Source: Harriotta raleighana (Eukaryota). Taken from it: a stretch of DNA of 64,000 nt. Both the position numbers and the translations under genes were made by a program. Below, piece by piece: positions 13,023 through 22,700 of this stretch; the first letter of the stretch is position 1, and the number at the start of each line of letters is the position of its first letter. The notes beneath the pieces are model-generated. The model was not told the origin of the DNA and ran no database searches. It saw only the letters and a list, made by a program, of their open reading frames with translations. Location: positions 8,586,990 through 8,650,989 of the forward strand of contig JBNZDD010013732.1 in the NCBI GenBank assembly GCA_050575255.1, read 5' to 3'.

Positions 13023-13324
13023 CCTAAAGTTTTTTTAATCTTGGGACGTAAGGCTGGGGTGGGGATCTTTCGTATTTTTTTGATTCGAGACATTGGGAGT
13101 GGGGTGTTACGTGTTTTTCTCCAATCAGGATGTAACGTTACATGCCTTGGACTGCGGTGGGGGCATGGGGAAAACGTTATTTTGGCTCTGGGCTTGTTTC
13201 ATGGTTATTTTCCCATTGGCAAAGAATCTAATCTATTCGTTTTGTTGCCCAGATGTTTTCTGCTCTTCGAATACAAGTTGTCCCAAGTAATGTGGGAATC
13301 AAAACTGCGAGCATCAGTGATTCT

Positions 13325-13665
13325 TTTGCTAAGTGGTTAGAGTACTTGCTTCGCAAACGAGAGGACTTGAGTTTGATTCATGTGCAGGGCGAATCATTGG
13401 GCAAGGTGAAAATATAGGCAAGTTTGCTTACTCCACACGTTTATCTAGCTGTCAGTTGGAACCAGCTTGTCAGTTGATGACATTGGTGGATGACTTTTCC
13501 GGGTTTAATAATCCCTTCAAGAAAATTTATTTGGTCATTTAATCCACGACTGGTTTTGAGACATTGATGTGCCCAATTGGTTGCCACGTTTCAGAATATC
13601 ACAGTATGTTCTGTGAAGCGCTTTGAGATGTCTCGAAGACACAATAAGACACTATATCAAATATT
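13325..13665 (+). mobile_element. tRNA-derived Deu-domain SINE with L2-like tail
   Basis: A/B-box-like head (GCTAAGTGGTTAGAG...GAGTTTGATTC), Deu core (GTG..CAATTGG.TGCC) and GTGAAGCGCTTTGAGA...CACTATATCAAAT tail. Confidence 0.75.
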
Positions 13666-15721
13666 ATTGATTCAAGCTAAGAATCCTCTTCCTGCTTATC
13701 TGTATTGTGCTTTATGACCGCTAGATGTCCTCGGTAGCCTGTCTTTTTCACTGAGGGTGATAAGATGAAGAGGTGACTTGATAAGAGATTTTGAAGGGTT
13801 ATGGGATCAATAGGAGTCAATTATTTACACGAGAATCAGGAGCAAATTTAAGATAAATCAGTAAAGGAATTAAAAGCGAGAATTAAAACATTTTATACAC
13901 AATGGAATGTGGCATCCTCTGTGGTAAACTTGTGTTAATGCAGAGTCTATATATTTAAAAGGGAAATACTGCAGATTGATGTGAAAGGGAAACATATTAA
14001 GGTTTGGGGATTTAGGAGTTATTTTCATTGAAAATCTTGTCCGGAGAACAGAACAGCTGTTGCTCGATGAGCTTCAAAAGTATAGTGCTGGCCTTGGAAT
14101 AGTATTGGATCTCCACACCAGCTGATTGATGGTAAACTTTTAAAAGAAAAGGGATTTGATGATTTACTTGCTGTTTATTTCAATTGTCCAGTTGGTCAAT
14201 TAATAGCTCTTCTCAGTGGTCACACCAGGGCAGTTGTTCCCTTTACTGTGACTCTGTGTGTGCTGCAGCCTCATTTAACACACTCACTTCTTTGGCACAT
14301 GCTTCTCTTCTTGATCACACAGCTTTTCCAATTAGCAAACACAGTCACTTTGGATGAACTGGCTTCCCAAACAATTCAAATGTGTTAGAAGTGCCTATGA
14401 TTTTACTATCAAGTTTTAAGTAGATTTTAAGTGTAGCCATCTTAGCTGTAAGTGTTGACATAGGCTCATTGCTGTGCTTAAGGGGCATAAGGAATTTCTT
14501 ACCCAATTAGCTGCCGCTTTTTTGGACCAGTTCATTTAACGTTCAATTCTGACCACCCTATCTGAGGTAAATTCTATATAATCTGAAATAGTGCGAAGTC
14601 GTACCTTTTCTCTGCAATTTTGTTATGATGTAAATTGTCTCTGTGGGTTTGTAAAACGATGTGCCTATATAGAATACTGTGTAAAGTAAAACTTGTGAAA
14701 GATAACGTGATAATGTTATGTGGTTAGAAACAACAATCACTGACATGTCTCCTCATCAGTGTCCTTGGTGGGTTGTGTGAGAGGAGAACAGCTCTGCGAT
14801 AATCAAGAAGTAGAACATGTATTGCAAGATTTTATGTTATGCTGTCTTTACAGCAATATCCTCCCAATAGGGTTTGCTAAATATCCTCAACCAATAAGCA
14901 AGCATTTCCCATCTCCTTAGAATGAAAACATTGTTTGGCATCACAAAATACCTCAAAATCTACCCACAAAATATACAGCCTGAGTCTTTACAATATATTC
15001 TGAGACGTCTCAAAGACGATATATCAAATGCAAGGATTATTGATATCCGGTGGACAACAGCAGCAGGCTCCTTTCCAGTGTATAGGTGCTATACAAATTA
15101 TAAGGATCATTATTATTACATGGTTATTATATTGTTCAGATAGAATAAAGGGGAATAATTCTTCATTTAAACCAAAAAAAACAAGTAAACGGAAATTTAA
15201 AATTGCAAAGAACAGCAAGAATGGATCAAGACATATTTTACTTAATAGAATAACATGTTTTATTAATACAAAAGCAGATATTTAACTGATACAATAACAG
15301 ATATTTGGCTCATGTTTACTAATCTAATAAACTGCTGACGAATAGAATGTTTCAGTCATACAATAACATGTTTACTTTTAGAATCGCACATTTTACTCAG
15401 TGATATTAGCAGAATGACATGTTTGGAACAGAATGACGAATAACATATTTTTTTTACTCGTAATAAACGTTTGCTGGTAGTTTGCCGAAGAGAAGATGCG
15501 TCGGAAGCTTTCAGAAGGAAACGCCACAGGATTTAGGTCGGGCTAAAGGGGCGAAACCGAGTTTGATCTTATTTCCAGGATTTCAGGAACTCTTGCAGTG
15601 TTCAGTAACCACATCACAGCGCAACACTCACTCTCTGTAAAGCAGCACCACCTGTGTGCAGTTCACACTGACTTTCCCCACTTGGGAGCAGACAGTGAGT
15701 GAGTTTGTTGCAGGTCACCCG

Positions 15722-16722
15722 GGTGTGTGTGTGTCACTGTGTGTGTGTGTGTGTGTGTGACTGAAGACCCCCCACACACTGGACAGCTCACGGGGATAAT
15801 TCTGTGCCCGAAGAGCAGTGTGTGTCTGAGGGAGTGTGTGAGGGTGAGTGCGTGGGGGAGTGAATGAGTGTGAAAGTGAGTGAGTGAGAGAGTTAGTGAG
15901 CGGAGAATGAGTGAAGAGGAGAGGGAGTGAAGGAAAGTGTGAGAGTGAGTGAGGTAGTGAGCGAAGAGGAGTGATTGAAGAGAGTGGGTGTGTGAAGAGA
16001 CAGAATGTGTTTGAGAGTGAGTGAAGGGGATATAGGATGAGAGTGAATGAAGAGGAGATAATGTGAGTGAGTGAAGAGATGAGAGTGAGAAGAGGAAAGT
16101 GAGTGAGTGTGAGTGAAGATAGTGAGTGTGAGAGTGAGTGAAGAGGAGATAGTGAGTGAGTGAAGAGGAGATAGATAAGAGTGAGTGAGTGAATGAAGAG
16201 ATAGATAAAAGTGAGTGAAGATAGATAAGAGTGGGTGTGAGAGAAGAGGTGAGTGAGTGAGAGTGAGTGAAGAGGAGACAGTGTGAGAGGGAAGAGGAGA
16301 GTGAGTGAAGAGGAGATAGTGAGTGAGTGAAGAGGAGATAGATAAGAGTGAGTGAATGAAGAGGAGATAGATAAGAGTGAGTGAAGAGATAGATAAGAGT
16401 GGGTGTGAGAGAAGAGGTGAGTGAGTGAGCGTGAGTGAAGAGGAGACTGTGAGAGTGAAGAGGAGAGTGAGTGAGAGTGAGTGAAGAGGAGATAGATAAG
16501 AGTGAGTGAGTGAATGAAGAGGAGATAGATAAGAGTGAGTGAAGAGATAGATAAGAGTGGGTGTGAGAAGAGGTAAATGAGTGAGTGAAGAGGATAATGT
16601 GAGAGTGAGTGTGTGTGAGTGAAGAGTGAGTGTGAGAGTGAAGACAGTGAGTGTGAGAGTGAAGAGAGTGAGTGTGAGAGTGAAGAGGAGAGTGAGTGAG
16701 TGAGTGTGAGAGTGTGAGGAGG
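15722..16722. repeat. Low-complexity GT/GA-rich tract (GAGT, GAAGAGGAGATAGATAAGAGT) abutting the PKDREJ start codon
   Basis: + strand is nearly C-free over ~850 bp, with recurring GTGAAGAGGAGATAGATAAGAGTGAGT units. Confidence 0.92.
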
Positions 16723-19700
16723 ATGAGGCAGTGTGTGTTGCTGTGTGTGTTGCTGGTGGGAGGTCAGGCCCAGGAGAGTGCAGTCGACCCCCCGATGGAG
16801 TTGCGGTGTCCGCAGCAGGAGCTGTACCTGCTCAACACCGCCGTCAGCTACACTTGTCTGTGGGCCTCCACCGTGACCCTGAGCTACCAGGCCAGCCCCT
16901 CGGTACCGGCCACCGGGGTCCCCCCCACCTGCCAGTGGACAGTGTCCGGGGTGACGGCCGCCACCACTCGCCAGTGGGCGGGGACACAAACGCTGGCGAC
17001 TCCGGTCACTGGCTCTGTGATCACCGTGAGCTACACCTCGGCCACCTGCCCCGAGTGTGACTACCGGCTGATCAGGGTCTCCCTGGAGACTCAGAGTGTC
17101 CACTACTTCTCGGTGGCCTCCCCCTGGGGCCTGTCTGTGGAGTATGAGGACATGGCGCTGGCCTGGTGCGCGCTGCTCAAGAGCCCGGCCTGGAGTTACC
17201 GCCTGGCCTGTGACGGCGGGACCCCGTCCCTGCTCACTGTCCCCAGCCAGAACCACAGCCCCCTGCCCGACCACGGCCTCCAGGCCGAGCAGCGAGCGCT
17301 GTGTACCCGCTACTACACCTACGTGGCCCGGGTTAACTACCCTCAGGACGGCTATTACACCTGCAGACTGAGCAGCCCTCAGGGGCCCCCGCTCGACCTG
17401 AGCCTGATCCTCTCGCTGGAGCCCGAGCTCCTGGGGCTGCTGAGCGCCGAGTCCGGGGAGCTGAGCGTTCAGGGGGCGAGTCTGCAACTGTCCTGGCGCC
17501 TCAGCCCGGCCGCTCTGGACGCGGTGAGCTATGAGCTGGCCTCGCAGGCGAGCCCCGGCGGCCTGGCCTGGGCTGTGACCCGCCATAGCAAGGCCTCCCC
17601 GGCCGGCCTGTGCGCGGTCCCCCAGGCCCTGGCGGGGGAGCAGTTGGGCCGCTTGTTACTGCTGGTGGAGCCGGGGGGCTCGGTGCAAGCCTCGACCGGT
17701 ACCATCCGCCTGGAGAGCGGGGTCCTCCGAGTCACACACCGGGGGAGAAGCTTCTCCCTGACACCGAGCCCCACCCTGGCCATCAGAACCGTGTACCACA
17801 TCGGCAGGAACGGCGACCTGTACTACGCCAAGACGGTCCCGGCTCAGCACAGCAACGTGCACTCGCTGCTGCTCCGGGACCAGGACATCACTCACTTCAT
17901 CAAGCTGGAGTACAGGAGCGCCTCTCAGTACCTCCTCACCACCCAACTCTACCTAAACCGCAGAGCCAACCTTTACAAGGCCCTCCGGCCCCCCTACGTG
18001 ACCATGTCTCTGTACCACAGCGGCTCGGCCAGGCTCAACCAAGTTGTCCACGTCGTTTGGTTCATTCCCGCCCAACACCCGATCATGCAGTGCGCCTGGG
18101 TCTTCACACTCAACGTCACGCAGGCCTCGGGCGCCGCTGACGTTCAGACCTTCACTTACAGACAGATGGTCCCGAACGCTGCCACCTACATCCCTCGGGT
18201 GATTCTGCACTTTACTCCTCGGATGTTCGCGGGTTTTGTGGCCAGGGTCCCTTGCTCCAGCCCCGGCCAGAAACCGGTGCGTTTGACAGCCACCGTTGGC
18301 GCTTACGAACCGCGGCCCGCGGATACGGTGATATCGTGCGTCCAAGAGGGTTGCGAAACGCCTCAGCCGGTCATACAGAAGCCCCCTCCCCCCCAGACCA
18401 CAATGATCGTCAGAAAAGGCTCTCCTTTCGATGTTTATGGAGATGCCGGGCTAAGCTGTGATGCCATTGTATCTGCCACTCTGTCCTGGAAGGTCTATTT
18501 GACTCCCAACCTGATGACAGAGCCGGACCCCAACATGAACGTGAAGCTGCCATCCTCCATACTGTCCAACATTGCCACCCTGCACGTCCCAAAGCTCACT
18601 TTCCACCTTGGATTGTACATCTTTGTTTTCCACGTGAAGATGACTATTTCGGACCCCGAAGTCCCATTCCTTGAAAACTCCGATCAAATTTACATTGAGG
18701 TAAGGAGCAGTGAGCTGGTGGCGCTGATCGCGGGCGGCTCCCTCAGAATCGTTGCCTATCACCACACCTTGGCATTAAACGGATCCGAGAGTGAAGACCC
18801 CGACAGCGCTTCACCGCACGATGGTCTTACGTTTGCCTGGTATTGCACAACAAAACCTTCAGATTACAACAGAATGGTTTTATCCCCCGGGAGTAAATGC
18901 ATCAATATCCAAACGCAATTAAACGTGGTCTCAGATGTACCTCAGATTCTAAACCTTCCACCCCGAAGATTGAAACTCAAAAAGACATACCATTTTCGGC
19001 TGGTGGTTCAAAAGGGTGAAAGAAAGAGTTATTTTGACCAAATAATCAAGGTATTATCTGGCACCCCACCGGAGACTTCCATCAACTGCATTGAGAACTG
19101 TGAAAAGTACATTTTACCAACTGAACGCTTCATTCTGTCTGGCATTTGCTCAAACTGTGCTCGCCCCGACAACCTAAAGTACGAATGGACTCTGGTTTCA
19201 GCAAAAGACTTCTCCAAGATCAGCTTTGACTGGTCCAACACAGCCACGGGAAGATCTCTGGTGTACATGTCCGTCAACGCTAAAACGTTTCTGGTGAGCG
19301 AAGACACCTCTTATGCGTTTGAACTGAAGATAACAACAGCCGATGGCAGCTCGGGCATAGCCATGTATGCCTTCAATATCAATGCTCCGCCTAAAATAGG
19401 TTCCTGTTCCATCACTCCAAAACGCGGCATTGCCTTGCTTACAAAATTTACTGTGCATTGCTCTGGATTTTATGACTCAAACAATCCTCTGCGTTACAAG
19501 ATTACAGCGGTTGCATTTACCCCGAGTGGCACTATAAGTACTTTGCAGAACAAAGCTCTCGGTACAATTGTATATTTTGGATTTGAACCCAAAAGCCCAC
19601 CAATTGTGCTTCCAGTGGGTGCGTCCACTGGCCGACGTCTGCTGCTCATCCAAGTTCAGGTTTTTGACGATCTTGGGGCATATTCATCAGTCAACCTGAA

Positions 19701-22700
19701 GGTCAGAGTGGATGATTTGACAGTGGGTTCGTTGCACGACTCCATAATAGACAAGCTGTTGACTATTGTGGAAGGAAACACTGCAACTTTGACAATTCTT
19801 CTTCACGGGACTGACTACGTGGAAGTCAACCAGTTGTATTATATCATGGCTTCTGTGCTAAACGATCGGAATTTCAAGGGTGAAGAACTGACCAAAGCTA
19901 TCCGGTTCCGTCAAACTATCTTGAATGGATCTGCCGACATAGAAGTCACGTCCACTTTGTTGATCACCCAAATAGCAGCTTCGATTTTTGAAATTACAAA
20001 GAAGAAGAAAGAGGTCAGTGATACGGCTCAGGTAGTTGCTGCTACAAAATTGAAGGAACTTTCATCACACCTCTATAACTATACGTTAGGAAATATTGGG
20101 TCTGAGAGCACTGAGAGTCTGTCTGCTGGTATCATGACTGCGGGGGCCAATGTGATGGCCGCCTTCCTATTGCCTTTTCCTAAGGGCGGCACGGAAGCGG
20201 GTATACCGCTGACTTCAAACCAGTTAGAAGTAACCAAGAAAGTCTTCCCTACTTTAAGATCTTTGACAGAGTCAGTATCTAACGGCAAAGTACCAGGAGA
20301 AATAAACACTTTCATGAAGGTTAAAGAGTGGGAAATAACTGTTAAAAAAAATGAGAAACAGGACGTTGAGGATTCGTACTTTTCCGATACGAATTGTCAG
20401 AACTGCATTTACCCATCATTGTTGAAAACCACTATGTCGGTTAAAGATCCTGTCTCCTCTGTGGTTTATGAATTCGAAGAAAATCCCGTGCCCTGGCTTG
20501 GAAAATCGGCTAATATTGTTACGGATGTAACTGCCTTTGACATGTTCGTCACTCAGAAAAATGGAAACATAAAAGATTTGTATCCAGAGATGCTGGAAAC
20601 AATTCTAATGAGAAAAATTAAAGTGGAGCCAAAACGCATCAAACTAGCCAAAGATACGGTGAAAACTGGTGTGATAATAGGCGAATTCAAAGTTGGAATT
20701 GACCCTAGCCAAGTTTCAGAAGCATTTATTCAGCTAGTTACTGAACAAAACCCTACCTTTGAAGTTAAGATATACTCGGGCAAAGATTCTGCCACACAGA
20801 GTGCAGCACAAACACGTACAATCCCAGAGTGCGAATCAGGAGAGTCTATACTGAAGGGAAGGACCTTTCACATATGGGATCCTTATACTTTTCGCATTCC
20901 AATCAACCTGTTTCAGAAGGATCCTGATAATGCAACAGGAAACAACTATGCTACTATTACCGTGGAAACTAACTACGCCAAGGCTGGTCGCCTACTTAAA
21001 AAAGGAATAGGTGTTTCTTTTTTTACAGCAAATTGTCTAACTTTCGAAGGGAATTCTGATAAGTGGTACACAAGCGCTTGCAAAACTGGCATTCTAACCA
21101 ACAATGAGAGAGTTCACTGCATTTGTAAGAGTGTTAGGAGAATGTCTAGAAGGGTGGACAGACTCCTCAAATTTCCCTGGTTCTTGGCTGCAACTGTTCT
21201 GGTGCTCCCAGAAGTTGTGGATTTATATGACACAAGGAAGTTACTTGACACACTCCCAAGGAATGTGGTGACGATTGTTACAGTAATAATCATTTTCTTG
21301 CTGTACTTTCTAATAGCTTTGTGGGCGTTTAGAAAACGAAAGAGTGACAAAGCATTAGTCGGTCAAGTCATCGTTTTGCCTGACAATGATCCCTGCAAAA
21401 CCTTTTGCTATCTTGTGACAGTTTACACAGGGTCCAGGCCTGACTCTAGCACAACGGCAGATGTTTTCCTGACTCTGGTAAGTAAATGTTTCCAGAGTGA
21501 CATCCATCATCTCAAACATCCAGATCATCAAATCTTCCTAAGAGCTGGTGTAGACACCTTCCTTCTCACCACTGAGGAGGATCTCGGAGACCTCACCTCT
21601 ATCAGGGTCTGGTGCAAAACTGCCGGCCACTCACCAACCTGGTACCTCAGCAGAGTTAAAGTGCAAAACGTAGTTACCAAACAGTTCTGGTTCTTTCTGT
21701 GCAGAAAGTGGTTTGCTGCTGCAAACGGTGATGGTTTATTAGATAGGACTTTTCCAGCTATACACTCTGAGGCTTTCATATCACGTTGTGATGCCTTCTT
21801 GATTGATTATTCAACCAATATAGAAACTGATCACTTATGGTTCTCTGTCTTCACCTTGAAATCTGATCCAAGCTTCACCAGATTCCAGAGATTGGCCTGC
21901 TGTTTGACCATGTTGTTGAGCAGCCTTCTTACCAGCATCATGCTTTACCAAAAAGAGGTGTCTGGACCTGTTTTGACAAGATTATTGCGATCTTTGGTAA
22001 TCGGCATTGAAAGTGCATTAGTAATGGTGCCGGTGCAGATTCTTACAGCTGGTTTGTTTGTTTATGCTCAAAAAGAAAAGGCAAAGTATGCACAACGTGC
22101 AGATGCAAAACATCAATATGAAGAATTTCAAAAAGCACATTATGAAATCATCGAACAGGAATCAAAGCTGGATAAATTAGGTAGGGGGCATGTGCATAGC
22201 AAGAACTGGAAGGATCGCTTACAGAAATGGTATGTGGAAGATGAAGATGAGCCAAAGATTGAGGGGAACCTCAATGAGCCCACAAAAGCTGCAGATGATG
22301 ACATTTATAATTTGCTTTCTTATAATGCAGGGCTGGATAAGGTACAGAGTCAACCCAGGAAAGCATTCTTGAACTGCACCATGCCACAATCTGTAGCAGA
22401 TAAAATTACTATTGATGATACTGCAGCAGAAACAGATGCCAGCACAAAGAAATATAGAAGCAAATCGAGCCATGTGGGTCAACATTCTTCAACTCAACTC
22501 AAAGTAAACAAAAGCAGGAAAGCCAGGTATTCCCTACAGAGCGAGGGCAAAGTTTCTTTACAGTGGAAAGAGGATAACCATTCCCTACAAGGGGAGAAAC
22601 AAAACCATTCCTTGAAGTTGGAGGAGAACTCCTTAGATTCCAGCAACATGGTCCTTCATAAAAAAACAAATAGTAGACTTCCTTTTTATGTTTTGTGTCT

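Noticed and set aside
10829-13400. tRNA-like A/B boxes near 11060-11115 and 13329-13385
   Set aside because: They are SINE heads continuing into Deu core and L2-like tail, not tRNA genes.
1-15700. TTC38 exons expected from human synteny
   Set aside because: I recognised no TTC38-like coding sequence by eye; a TBLASTN search would settle it.
15715-17586. 623-aa minus-strand ORF
   Set aside because: It is the antisense of the GC-rich PKDREJ 5' CDS plus the low-complexity tract (S/L/H/T-rich), with no recognisable domain.
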